Translations under genes and position numbers: made by a program
The notes under the pieces: model-generated
The model's input: only the letters and a program-made list of their open reading frames with translations
The model's database searches: none
Told to the model about the DNA's origin: nothing
NCBI RefSeq assembly: GCF_006345805.1
Contig: NC_042999.1
Coordinates: 50,902,001-50,966,000, forward strand
Reading direction: 5' to 3'
Source of the DNA: Octopus sinensis
Lineage: Eukaryota
Length of the DNA stretch: 64,000 bases
Part shown: positions 48,320 to 60,565 of the stretch, one piece after another
Position numbering within the stretch: the first letter of the stretch is position 1
How the letters are laid out: each line of letters opens with the position of its first letter

Positions 48320-48630
48320 GTGAGGACACATAGCTTAGTATGGTTAGGGTGTTGCTCTCATGCTCATGAGATCATGGGTTCAATTCCTGAACTGGAAGTT
48401 GTATTGTGTGCTTGAACACTACACTTCATCTCATGTTGCTCTGCGATCACTTTGGTATTTAATATGTGGCATACACTGCACCTGCACAGGTAATCTCAAT
48501 TTGAGTGAAGGAGAGAATGAGCTTACAAGCATCATTAACATTTGATCACTATAAATATATCATCTGTGTCACTGTTCAACAAGAAAGTGCAGAACCCCCT
48601 CATCTATCATTTAGTGATGGGACAGTCCAC
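48320..48630 (+). mobile_element. Degenerate tRNA-derived SINE of a further family
   Basis: Head GAGGACACATAGCTTAGTATGGTTAGGG...GGGTTCAATTCC and CORE-like CTTGAACACTACACTTCATCTCATGTTGCTC; 3' part differs from D. Confidence 0.55.
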
Positions 48631-48645
48631 AGTGTAATATATATA

Positions 48646-48684
<39 letters not shown>

Positions 48685-48686
<2 letters not shown>

Positions 48687-48840
48687 CGGGAAAGTTTAAG
48701 AAAATAAACAAAAGACGGGGGCAGGTGGAGTACAAACAAACAAATGTATTAGTATAGCGCTCAGGAATAGAAATAGAAAAAGTCTTTTACGTTTCGAGCC
48801 TACGCTCTTCCACAGAGAGATACACAGAAAAAAACAATAT
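48685..48840 (-). mobile_element. Penelope-like repeat with hammerhead-like motif (third family)
   Basis: Reverse complement: UCUCU-CUGUGGA-A-GAGC(GUAG)GCUC-GAA-ACGU-A-AAAGA. Confidence 0.65.
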
Positions 48841-49874
48841 ATATATATACATTATATTATATAATTATGATGTATAATTATATAATATGTATAATACATA
48901 ATAGAATTATATAATATATATATCATATATATAAATATAATAAAGGGTAGGGGTAAAGGGTAGCACATATATATATATAACAGCTATCTCTGATGAGTGG
49001 AGGGTTAGATACTCGGATTGTTACCTAACACTTCATTGAACCCCAAGCATGAAACCAATTAGCAACATCAGCTGCAATGGATATATAATACTATGCACTT
49101 CAGATATTAATAATATAATATATAATGTGTGTGTGAGGGTGTGTGTATGTGCGAGCGCGTGTGTGTGTGCATGTAGTTGTGTGCATTTTCATATTAGAAT
49201 TGAAAAAATGAGCAATCAGTATTTCAGTTGTTGTAACAAATAAATAAGCTACAATGTTTCCTTATTGATAAAATAATATAAATGATGCAGCATAATGTCT
49301 TGTCAATAAGACAGACCTATCTCTTATGTTGTGTAACTTCAAAATGTTTGGAAACCACTGATACAGTCTGACGCCTATAATGTCTCGTTGTTTTGAATTT
49401 AAATATGAAAGCCATTTGTTTCTTGTGAATCCCCAAACACAGAGCTATGGTAAAGACGTCTCAGATATTGATTGGAGAGAGGAGAGGAAAATAGAGCATT
49501 GATTGAACCTAATTTCATTTACTGCTGACTCTCATGTTCATTGCCTGCACAATAAGCAATGAATGCTGGAGATTACACCAGTTTAGGAGGCAATTAACAG
49601 TTGAAAAGCATCACCCTTCTTGACTGGAGGTACTAGCTTATCACAAGGTTGGCCCATGGAAGAATTAGAGCAGAGTCTTGCAAATGAATATGTTGTCAGA
49701 TATAGGCACAACATGGCTTTGTGATTAAGAAGCTTATTTTGCAACCATATGGTTTGGGGTTCAGTTCCATTGTGTGACACCAAGGGCAAGTGCCTCCTAT
49801 AATCCTAGGGTGACCAATACCTTATGAGTGAATTTGGCACATGAAACTTGTATGTAAGACCATCATGTGTGTGT

Positions 49875-50260
<386 letters not shown>

Positions 50261-50269
50261 GCCATTATG

Positions 50270-50448
50270 GACTGCTGAAATCTACAAGTTTTATTCATTT
50301 TCTCCCTGTTTATTTTCTCCTATTCCTTTCTGTTGAAGAACGTAGGCTTGAAACATAAAAGACTTTACCATTTTTCCCAAGTGTCAAACTAATACACTTG
50401 TTTGTTGTTCATACACCTGTCTTTGTCTTTTGCTTTTCTATAAATTTC

Positions 50449-50452
<4 letters not shown>
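50270..50452 (+). mobile_element. Second copy of the 48685 hammerhead-like repeat
   Basis: CUUU-CUGUUGA-A-GAAC(GUAG)GCUU-GAAACAU-A-AAAGAC; downstream TAATACACTTGTTTGTTG also shared. Confidence 0.65.
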
Positions 50453-50497
<45 letters not shown>

Positions 50498-50504
<7 letters not shown>

Positions 50505-52390
50505 CACATAAAAAGTAGTCAGTACCGCTTGTGGTACCAGTGCCGGTGGCACACAAGAATCCATCCGAACATGGCCGTAGTCAGTACCGCATCACTGGCC
50601 ATCGTGCTGTGGGCACATAACAAACACCATCCGGTCATGGCCGTTCGCCAGCCTCATCTAGCACCTGTGTCGGTGGCACATAAAAACACCATCCGAAGAC
50701 CCGGCAAGACTAGTCAGGCCATAAACCATGGCCCCTACCTGGGACGTAGTCAGTCCACCTGTGCATACCTTCCTCCTTGTGATACTTGTGAAGGCCTGTT
50801 GAGGCAAGTGAAAATCAAAATCAAAATCAAAATCAAAACAAATCAAAATAGATGAACATCAATGGAATTTGTATCTTTGTGGTACCAGTGCCGGTGGCAC
50901 ACAAGAGAAAACCATCCGAAAGTGGCCGTAGCCAGTACCGCATCGACTGGCCTCCGTGCTGTGGGCACATCCGAAAGTGGCCGTAGCCAGTACCGCATCG
51001 ACTGGCCTCCGTGCTGTGGGCACATGACAAACACCATCCGATCGTGGCCGTTCGCCAGCCTCATCTAGCACCTGTGTCGGTGGCACATAAAAACACCATC
51101 CGAAGACCCGGCAAGACTAGTCAGGCCATAACCCATGGCCCCTACCTGGGACGTAGTCAGTCCACCTGTGCATACCTTCCTTCTTGTGACACTTGTGAAG
51201 ACCTGTTGAGGCAAGTGAAAATCAAAAATCAAAATCAAAATCAAAACAAATCAAAATAGATGAACATCAATGGAATCTGTATCTTTGTGGTACCAATGCC
51301 GGTGGCACACATGAGAACCATCCGAACGTGGCTGTAGCCAGTTCCGCATCGACCGGCCTCCGTGCTGTGGGCACGTAACAAACACCATCCGATCATGGCC
51401 GTTCGCCAGCCTCATCTGGCACCTGTGTCGGTGGCACATAAAAACACCTTCTGAAGACCCGGCAAGACTAGTCAGTCCACCTGTGCATACCTTCCTTCTT
51501 GTGACACTTGTGAAGACCGGTTGAGGCAAGTGAAAATCAAATCAAATCAAATCAAATCAAATCAAAATCAAAATAGACAAAATAGATGAACATCAATGGA
51601 ATTTGTATCTTGTGGTACCAGTGCCTGTGGCACACAAGAATCCATCAGTGCTGTAGTCAGTGCGGTGGGCACATGACAAACACCATCCGATCGTGGCCGT
51701 TCGCCAGCCTCATCTAGCACCTGTGTCGGTGGTGGCACATAAAAACACCATCCGAAGACCCGGCAAGACTAGTCAGGCCATAACCCATGGCCCCTACCTG
51801 GGACGTAGTCAGTCCACCTGTGCATACCTTCCTTCTTGTGACACTTGTGAAGACCTGTTGAGGCAAGTGAAAATCAATTCAAAACAAATCAAAATAGATG
51901 AACATCAATGGAATTTGTATCTTTGTGGTACCAGTGCCGGTGGCACGTGGCACACAATAAAACCATCCGAACGTGGCTGTAGCCAGTACCGCATTGACTG
52001 GCCTCCGTGCTGTGGGCACGTAACAAGCACCATCCGATCGTGGCCGTTTGCCAGCCTCATCTGGCACCTGTGTCGGTGGCACATAAAAACACCATCCGAG
52101 CGTGGCCGTCTGCCAGCCTCGTCTGGCACCTGTGTCGGTGGCACATAAAAAACACCATCCGAGCGTGGCCGTTTGCCAGCCTCGTCTGGCACCTGTGTCG
52201 GTGGCACATAAAATCACCCACTACACTCTCGGAGTGGTTGGCGTTAGGAAGGGCATCCAGCTGTAGAAACACTGCCAGATCTGACTGGACTGGTGCAGCT
52301 TTCGGGCTCCCCAGACCCCAGTTGAACCGTCCAACCCATGCTAGCATGGAAAGCGGACGTTAAATGATGATGATGATGATGATGATGATA
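50498..52390 (+). mobile_element. Concatemer of an RTE-type 3' UTR (one truncated plus four macro-units) ending in one normal tail
   Basis: GAAGACCCGGCAAG (ORF-end sequence) at 50695, 51102, 51453 and 51754. Each unit has (AAATC)n and GTGCCGGTGGCAC hairpin units. There is a single terminal GGAAGGGCATCC...(GAT)n. Confidence 0.9.
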
Positions 52391-52496
52391 TATATATATA
52401 TAAACATACAGAGAGAGAGAGATTAAATAGATATATATATACACACACATACATATATATGTATGTATGAATATATATAATAATAATATAAATATA

Positions 52497-52880
52497 CTAG
52501 CAGTATCGCCCGGCGTTGCTCGGGTTTGTAAGGGAAATAACTATAAAGCATTTTTAGATAGTTATAGCCAAAATATAGCAAAAAAAATGGGAAAAAAATG
52601 ATGGTAAATTTTTTTGAGAGTTAAAAAGGTGGAGTTGCGTCCCCTAGACAGTCTGTGATTTGTGTTTCTGATTCTCGACCACATGTCGAATTCATCGATT
52701 TTTTTCAGAACTGGGGGAACTTTTCAAAATTTTCGCTGCGTTAGTTTTGAATTATGACATTGGGCTATGTGTGTGTCAAGTTTCATCAGAATCGGTTGAA
52801 AGCCGTGGTCAGAGTGAGGGTACAACCAAACAGACACACAGAAACACACACAGACAAACTGCCGTTTATATAGAGAGAGA
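52497..52880 (-). mobile_element. Non-autonomous Helitron
   Basis: Reverse complement: A|TCTCTCTCTATATAAAC ... CCCGAGCAACGCCGGG hairpin + CGATACTGCTAG|T. Confidence 0.88.
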
Positions 52881-53150
52881 TGCTTATATATATATATACA
52901 TACATATATATACATACCTACATATATATGTATATATATGCATATATGGGTACAGGACATCAGAAAAACGTTGAACACAATGAGAAACGAAAACATAAAA
53001 ATGAAAGCATAGAAAACGAACTTTTATTTGAACAACGAAAAAAACAGAGAAACAAGACATGCAACATAAAGAATATTCCCCTTCATCAGTTGTCCCTGTT
53101 TCATCTACTCCGCATTCAACCAATGCTCTCTCTCTCTATATATATATATA

Positions 53151-53547
53151 CTAGCAGTATCGCCCAGCGTTGCTCGGGTTTGTAAGGGAAATAACTATAT
53201 AAGCATTTTTAGAGAGTTATAGCCAAAAAATAGGAAAAAAATGCATTAAAAATGGAAAAAAAATTAAGGTAAATTTCTTTTTAAATCGTTGACACATCGT
53301 AGATATTTTTAGAGAGTTACTTCCCTTACATAATAGCAAATAAAATGCATTAAAATGGAAAAATATGATGGTAAATTTTTTTAAATCGTAGACTCATCGT
53401 AGACGCGCGCTAATACCCAGAAGGGCTCGATATGAATCACGACTATAAGATACCCGGTTTTGGTTACACTGCACCGCAAAATGTGGGAGTCGTTACGAAT
53501 CTAAATCGTAGGAGACAGACACACAACTTCACTCTTATATATAAAGA
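53151..53547 (-). mobile_element. Non-autonomous Helitron (same 3' end, different 5' part)
   Basis: Reverse complement: A|TCTTTATATATAAGAG ... CCCGAGCAACGCTGGG + CTAG|T. Confidence 0.88.
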
Positions 53548-53658
53548 TATAAGTCACGTAGTTATATACACATACTTTGTTATATACACATTCTTAAAAG
53601 AAAATGTTATTTGAATACAACATTTATAAAGAATAAAATATTTTTTGGTTTTTCTTAA

Positions 53659-54060
53659 CCCTTTCGTTACTATATTTCTGACCAAATTACACCCCTTATG
53701 TGTTTCAATTAATTTCTAACGTAATCATAAATTTAGTCTGGTTTCATTAAACAACTATAACTTTTTATTTATCAATATTTTAATCTGATTTTTGGAAGAT
53801 AATTTAATGAAATATTCTCAACCAATTCTACACTATAATTTTTGTCACAAAGTGACTCTAATTGCAGGTAGATACAGGTAAATTCAACAATATATAAAAT
53901 TATTAAAATTTTGTTCAAACATTGCTATAGAAAATGGGTTATTAGCTAATATTCAATTGGGTATACAACAAAATTTTAAGATAGAATTTGTTATTCTGGG
54001 TAACTTTCTGATACCCATAATAATATTTATGGCAAAATAGGCCTTAATTTAATTTAAGGT
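53659..54060 (+). mobile_element. piggyBac-like MITE, left end only
   Basis: TTAA|CCCTTTCGTTAC start; no matching right end found. Confidence 0.45.
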
Positions 54061-54586
54061 TGTGGGAAATAACAAACTATCCTTTCTTTTGCTCATAGGC
54101 TCATTCGAAAAAGTAAAAAGAAATAGTTTAAGGCTTTATACTCTTCTGGGAAAGTCTGTGGCTTGGTGCAGTTTCTTCAGAAAAATCACCGAAAGAAACA
54201 GTTTTTAAATTTTCACTCCATTCAGGTACCAATTCATTTTCTTAATCGCTGTCGGATTCACTGTTTTCACTTTAATAGCTGCAAACTTGCAAAGACAAAG
54301 GAGGAGAAGGGTGATAGCCTCAGTGAAACAGTCGCTCCCTTTGTGTGTGTGTGTTTGCGTGTGGTGTATCCCACATTAAGAAAAACATTTGACATATACA
54401 CCAGAATGTGAGTTTTCTCTAAATTTTGCTTAATTGGGGTTGAAATTTTAAAAACCGGACCTGGCATGACCCGATGCATTCTACTCTTAAAAATGCTAGG
54501 TAAATTGTAATTGAAGAAATCCTATATTGTAGATTTCTATAAGTTACAAAGGGAGGCAGATAAAATCTGCCTTTTATAATAAGAGA
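54060..54586 (-). mobile_element. Helitron-like element, 5' end only
   Basis: Reverse complement starts A|TCTCTTATTATAAAAGGCAG, like the other Helitron 5' ends; no CTAG/hairpin 3' end seen. Confidence 0.5.
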
Positions 54587-54590
54587 TATA

Positions 54591-54797
54591 GGTGGTGAGC
54601 TGGCAGAATCATTAGCGTGTCGGGTGAAATGCTTAGCAGTATTTCATCTGCCGTTACATTCTGAGTTCAAATTCCACCGAGGTCAACTTTGCCTTTTATC
54701 CTTTTGGAGTCGATTAAATAAATACCAGTCGATGTAATCGACTTAATCCCTTTGTTTGTCCCCTCCATGTTTAGCCCCCTGTGAGCAATAAAGAAAT
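54591..54797 (+). mobile_element. Family B SINE
   Basis: GGTGGTGAGCTGGCAGAATCATTAGCG ... CCCCCTGTGAGCAATAAAGAAAT. Confidence 0.88.
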
Positions 54798-55001
54798 ATA
54801 TATGTGTGTGTCTTTGTGTTTACATTTGTTTCTCCACACTCATCTGACATTGGTTTATTTACATCCCCATAAGCTAGCAGTTCATCAAAAGAGACCAATA
54901 GAACAAGTTCCTGAATTAAAAATAAGAATTAGACTTTATTCATTTGACTAAACCCTTCAATGCAGTGCTACTTTTTGTTGCCTCTTATTTACAGCTAACT
55001 C

Positions 55002-55421
55002 TCTTTTACTCTTTTACTTGTTTCATTCATTTGACTGCGGCCATGCTGGAGCACCTCCTTTAGTCAAGCAAATCAACCCCAGGACTTATTCTTTGTAAGC
55101 CTAGTACTAATTCTATTGGTCTCTTTTGCTGAACTGCTAAGTTACAGGGGCATAAACACATCAGCATCGGTTGTCGAGCGATGTTGGGTGGAAGACAAAC
55201 ATAGACACACAAACAACACACACATATACATATATATGTGTGTATATATATATATATACGATGAGTTTCTTTCAGTTTCCATCTACCAAATCCACTCACA
55301 AGGCTTTGGTCACCCCGAGGCTATAGTAGAAGACACTTGCCCAAGGTGCCACGCAGTGGGACTGAACCTGGAACCATGTGGTTGGTAAGCAAGCTACTTA
55401 CCACACAGCCACTACTGTGCC
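55002..55421 (-). mobile_element. Family A SINE, full length
   Basis: Reverse complement of head, core and tail. Confidence 0.9.
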
Positions 55422-55752
55422 TAAGTGGACTGAGCCATTAAAAGTAAAGGAAGTTAACCAGTCAATTGCACTATACTAAGTTATGATATACTTAATCTGT
55501 AGCCTGGATTAACACCACCATTTATAGGAACAGGCATGGCTTTATATCTAAAAAGTTCATGTCACAACCATGTATTGCTGGGTTCAATCCTACTGAGCAG
55601 CACTTTGAGTGTCTTTTACTGAAGTACTGAACCAAACAACCAAACAAATGCAAGAAGCATATCATATGTGTGTGTGTGCATGCATACGTGCATGTGTGAA
55701 TGTTGATATTCAACACTTGTCACCACTTGGGTGAAGCAATGCTACATTCTTA

Positions 55753-56043
55753 TGGCCGTTGCCAGCGCCGCCTTGACTGACTTCCGTGACGGTGGCACGT
55801 AAAAAGCACCAACCAATCGTGGCCGTTGCCAGCCTCGCCTGGCACCTGTGCTGGTGGCATGTAAAAAGCACCCACTACACTTACAGAGTGGTTGGCGTTA
55901 GGAAGGGCATCCAGCCGTAGAAACATTGCCAGATCAGACTGGAGCCCGGTGCAGCCTCCTGGCTTCCCAGACCCCGGTCAAACCGTCCAACCCATGCTAG
56001 CATAGAAAACGGATGTTAAACGATGATGATGATGATGACGACG
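55753..56043 (+). mobile_element. RTE-type 3' end with two hairpin units
   Basis: GGCACGTAAAAAGCACC x2, GGAAGGGCATCC, (GAT)n(GAC)n tail. Confidence 0.88.
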
Positions 56044-56484
56044 ACGCCCCGCTGCTGCCGCCACCGCCAACGACGACAGCAGGTCACTTTCAGGCAGCAA
56101 AATGGCAGAATCGTTAGCAGATTTCCATCTGTCTTTACATTCTGAGTTCAAATTCCACAAAGGTCAACTTTGCCTTTCATCTTTTCCAGGTCAATAAAAT
56201 AAGTTACCAATTGAGCACCCAGGCCAATATAATCAACTAGCCCTCTCCCCCAAACTTCAAGGTTTTGTGCCTATTCGATTATGACAGGTCACTCTGCACC
56301 CTCAAAAAACTAGTAAAAATAACCCTTAAATAATTAATAGTTGTTAACAAGGAGATAGTCCAGTATTAAAATTCTGATTCATAGAACTCTTTATCCAAAA
56401 TTATGCCAGAATGAAAAATGGGTGTTAAATGTATGAATGAATTTGACTCTTTGGAACCTTTAGTAGAGTCCTCTATTGTAAGCA

Positions 56485-56619
56485 TTCAGATGAGTGAACT
56501 GGAGCCACATGAAATAAAGTGTCTCACTCAAGAACACAACATGCAACCCAGTCCGGGATTCGAACTCACAACCTCACAATCATAAGTTCGATACTCTAAC
56601 CACTGAGCCATGCACCGTC
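56485..56619 (-). mobile_element. Family D SINE 5' part
   Basis: Reverse complement: TGCATGGCTCAGTGGTTAGAG...GAGTTCGAATCCCGG. Confidence 0.8.
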
Positions 56620-57127
56620 ACACACACACACATATAACCATGGTGTGGCTATGTGGTTCAGAATTTTGATTCCCAACCACATTGTTTTGGATTTAGTCCC
56701 ACTGTGTGGCACCATAGGCAAATGTCTTCAACTATAACCCTGGGCTGACCAATGCCTTGTGAATGAATTGAGTAGACAGAAACTGTGTATCAAGGCCCAT
56801 TGTATAAATGTGCGTGTATGTGTGTATCTTTGTGTTTGTTTTTGACCACCCCTTGGCTTGACAAGTGTTGGTTTGTTTTCTTCCCCATAACTAAACAGTT
56901 CAGCAAAAGCAACCAATGAATTAAGTACCAAACTTAAATAAATACTTGGGTTGATTCATTTAACTAAAACACTTTAAGGTGGCTCCCTAGCATAGCCACA
57001 GTCAAATGACTGAAACAAATAAAACAAAAAATAAAGGTATTCTCCTCCCTGTTTTGTTGTTACACCTCATTTCATCATAATCTCTTTACCATATTTTTTC
57101 CTGTGATTTTTTTTTATTCATCTTATA

Positions 57128-57380
57128 GAAGAGCGACATCAGTCATTTAAAAGCTTACAAAAACCGTGAAATTCACTTTTAATTTATTTTATGATGTGCC
57201 AAAATTTTCATCTCACAACTACGATCTAGTCACTCACACAATCTCACCACTTATATAGTGGAACTGTGTCAGTGACCGAGTCACAGTTGTGCAAATAAAA
57301 TGTTTTTGATCTCTCCTGTAGCAAATGTAAAGTGAATTTAACAGCTTTTGTGAGGTTTTAAATGATTAAAATGTCTCTTC
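57128..57380. mobile_element. MITE (253 bp), ~57-bp TIRs, TA target-site duplication
   Basis: TA|GAAGAGCGACATCAGTCATTTAAAAGCTTACAAAAACCGTGAAATTCACTT ... AAGTGAATTTAACAGCTTTTGTGAGGTTTTAAATGATTAAAATGTCTCTTC|TA. Confidence 0.85.
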
Positions 57381-57456
57381 TACAATAAAATTGTTTCAGT
57401 TTCAAAATTTGGTCTCAGATCAATATATTTACTAGACTAGACAAGTACAACTATGA

Positions 57457-57506
<50 letters not shown>

Positions 57507-57508
<2 letters not shown>

Positions 57509-57983
57509 GGCGTAGGAGTGGCTGTGTATAGGTGTAGGAGTGGCTGTGTATAGGTGTAGGAGTGGCTGTGTATAGGTGTAGGAGTGGCTGTGTGGTAAGT
57601 AGCTTGCTTACCAACCACATGGTTCTGGGTTCAGTCCCACTGCGTGGCACATTGGGCAAGGGTCTTCTACTATAGCCTTGGGCCAACCAAAGCCTTGTGA
57701 GTGGATTTGGTAGACGGAAACTGAAAGAAGCCTGTCATATATATGTATATATATGTATGTGTGTGTGTGTATATGTTTGTGTGTCTGTGTTTATCCCCCC
57801 CCCCAAACATGGCTTGTCAACTGATGCTGTTGTGTTTACGTCCCTGTAACTTAGCGGTTCAGTAAAAGAGACCAATAGAATAAGTACTAGGCTTCAAAAG
57901 AATAAGTCTTGGGGTCGATTTGCTCGACTAAAGGCGGTGCTCCAGCATGGCCACAGTCAAATGATTGAAACAAGTAAAAGAGA
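57507..57983 (+). mobile_element. Family A SINE with 4x tandem 22-bp 5' end
   Basis: GGAGTGGCTG at 57515, 57537, 57559 and 57581. Confidence 0.92.
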
Positions 57984-58366
57984 TATATTTTCGCTTTCTA
58001 ATTTCTTGGAGTGGAATTTGAACTCAGAACATAAAGACAGACAAAATGCCACTAATCATTTTGGCCAGCTCACTGCCTTAAAATTTGTAGATATTGCACC
58101 CTAAACATTAGGAACACTAATCGAATTAACAACTCATGTAAAGCATTTAGATATTTATCATAAGGAAAGTGTTATTATTTTATCTTTCTTCTTTTACTTG
58201 TAGCCATTTTGGGGGCATCACCTTCAAGAATTTTTAGTTGAATGAATCAACCTCAATACTAATTTTTTAAAGCCTGGTATATATTCTGTTGATCACATTT
58301 GCCAAACCACTAAGTTATGGGGACCGGTTGTCAAGCAGTGGTAGAGAGAAACACAGCTACAAAGAT

Positions 58367-58398
<32 letters not shown>

Positions 58399-59431
58399 GT
58401 ATAACTTCAGCAAAATTTAGATTCAGATGAATATAGTACTTAAGTTAAAGGCACCAGAATTTTATATGGTATTATCCATATAAATCAAATGGGGTGATTA
58501 TAATCAAAATAAGCAACAAAGATATCCAAGGTAGAATAGTACAATTGTTTCATGCTACTTCATTTTATTAAACACTGTAAGTATTACATCAGTTTTAAAA
58601 TGTCGAGCAATCTTCAGCCACATATAGAATTTTTCAATTAAACTGACAATGGATATATATATACAATGGGCTTCTTTCAGTTTCCATCTACCAAGTCCAC
58701 TCACAAGGCTTTTGTGAGCCCAAGGATATAGTGAAAGACACTAACTCAAGGTTCCACGCAATGGGACTGAACCCAAAACCATTTGGTTAAAAAGCATGCT
58801 TCTTACCACACAGCCATACCTGCACTTTTTGTGAAACTTTATAAATTTTGATTCTATGACATCAAATAAGAAGAGACATTTAATCACGATATATGAAAGT
58901 TATAAAAAATATATAAAAGAGAAAATAAAATATATTAAAATGAAAGTTTGATATTTTCAATAATTATCTGTCCAACTAAAAATAAGCCACTAGTTTGAAA
59001 AAGTAGTAAAAATTTTCAAATAAAATTCAGATATATAAATATCAGGTAGTAGAAATGATCACAAAAGCAAATGGAAACACACAGTATAGAGAGGTCACTT
59101 ATTTTGCTAGCATGCAATGTGAATATTAGAACAATGTGAGATAATGAAGTTGCCAAAATTCCATAGTCCAAACGAAGAAGAGTAGCAAAATATCTTCCAA
59201 GACAGAAAAGCATTTTACTAACTGAAACATTTTCACCTCTGCCACAACAGTGAATGATAATGTTATTTACAGAATAATGCTTAAAACCATAGATATTTTT
59301 ACACCAGGCAAAACGCTTAGTTCAAATTCCACAGAGATCAACTTTGCCTTTCATCCTTTTGGGGTCAATAAATTAAGTGCCAATGAAACAATGGGGCTGA
59401 TGTATTCGACAAGTCCCCTCTACCAAAATTT

Positions 59432-59720
59432 CGAGCGTGATCGTTACCAACGTCGCCTTACTGTTCCAGTGGCATGTGTAAGAAGATTCGAGTGAGGTCT
59501 TTGCCAGTACCACCTGACTGGCCCCCATGCTGGTGGCACGTAAAAAGAACCCACTACACTCTCGGAGTGGTTGGCATTAGGAAGGGCATCTAGCTGTAGA
59601 AACTCTGCCAGATCAAGATTGGAGCCTGGTGCAGCCATCTGGTTCGCCAACCCTCAGTCAAAATCGTCCAACCCATGCTAGCATGGAAAGCAGATGTTAA
59701 ACAATGGTGATGATGATGAT
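59432..59720 (+). mobile_element. RTE-type 3' end
   Basis: GGTGGCACGTAAAAAGAACCCACTACACTCTCGGAGTGG...GGAAGGGCATC...(GAT)n. Confidence 0.85.
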
Positions 59721-59755
59721 GTGCCTTTAGTAGAAAGGTTTATTGTAATTATTAT

Positions 59756-59965
59756 GGTGGCGAGCTGAAAGAATCGCCACTGCACCAGACAAAATGCTAA
59801 GTAGCATTTCATCTGTCTTTACATTCTGAGTTCAAATTCTGCAAAGGTCGACTTTGCCTTTCATCCTTTTGGGGTTGATAAATTAAGTATCAGTTGACTA
59901 GTGGGGTTGATTTAATCAACTTAACTGCCCCCTAAAAATTTCAGGTTTTGTGCCTATAGAGAAAA
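59756..59965 (+). mobile_element. Family B SINE
   Basis: GGTGGCGAGCTG ... GGTCGACTTTGCCTTTCATCCTTTTGGGGTTGATAAATTAAG. Confidence 0.85.
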
Positions 59966-60496
59966 CATCCCAGTAATGACCATTTTGACTTGTTTTGTTT
60001 TGTGCAGGTATCATGTATCTAATACTACATGATCCAATGTATTCCTAAAAAATATTTTAAAGGTAATTATTATTTAAGGCTGATGTTGATGTTGTTACTG
60101 CTGTTGTTCAGCCTCAGATTGACCCTGATTGCATCCCAGCAATGCAATGACATAACTATCTTTTTTTTTTTTCCAGATATACAATTTGATCCAATGTATT
60201 CCTGTATAACATTTTTATGATAATATTAATTGAAGGAAAATATGGCTATTTCTAGCAGATCTAGTAACCATGTACAAGCTCCTTCATTGACTCATACTAT
60301 GACAGCCAGTAATTACAGCTGGCGTTGAATAATCAAAATTGTTTTGCTGGCATTTTTGCTTTGTATCATCCTAATATCATCTCATGTCAAGAACAAATAT
60401 CACCTAAATTTACAATATCTTTAGATTAGCACTTTGCGGGTGACAAATATTTCACATATTTTTTCTCATTTTATGTTATTCTGTTCCACATCCTAG

Positions 60497-60565
60497 AAAT
60501 ATAATTGAAACCACTCATTCATCTTGGCACCACAGACCATTAAGCTACTCATCCATTTCTAGAAG
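60497..60565 (+). CDS. Candidate 69-nt frame-preserving exon, unknown gene
   Basis: Long pyrimidine tract TTTTTTCTCATTTTATGTTATTCTGTTCCACATCCTAG and AAG|GTAGGT donor. Only one frame is open: NIIETTHSSWHHRPLSYSSISR. Lies in repeat-free sequence. Confidence 0.3.

Noticed and set aside
50498-52230. CRISPR-like palindromic repeats and overlapping 60-160 aa ORFs
   Set aside because: Spacers are homologous copies of an RTE 3' UTR, and the ORFs reflect GC-rich tandem repeats.
52950-53125. CTGATGA on the minus strand (CAACTGATGAAGGGGAATATTCTT)
   Set aside because: No GAAA follows the putative stem II, so a hammerhead cannot be supported from this copy.
60007-60220. Strong acceptor at 60176 and duplicated GATCCAATGTATTCC
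   Set aside because: It lies inside the unclassified interspersed repeat also seen at 13740-14235, and all frames close quickly.
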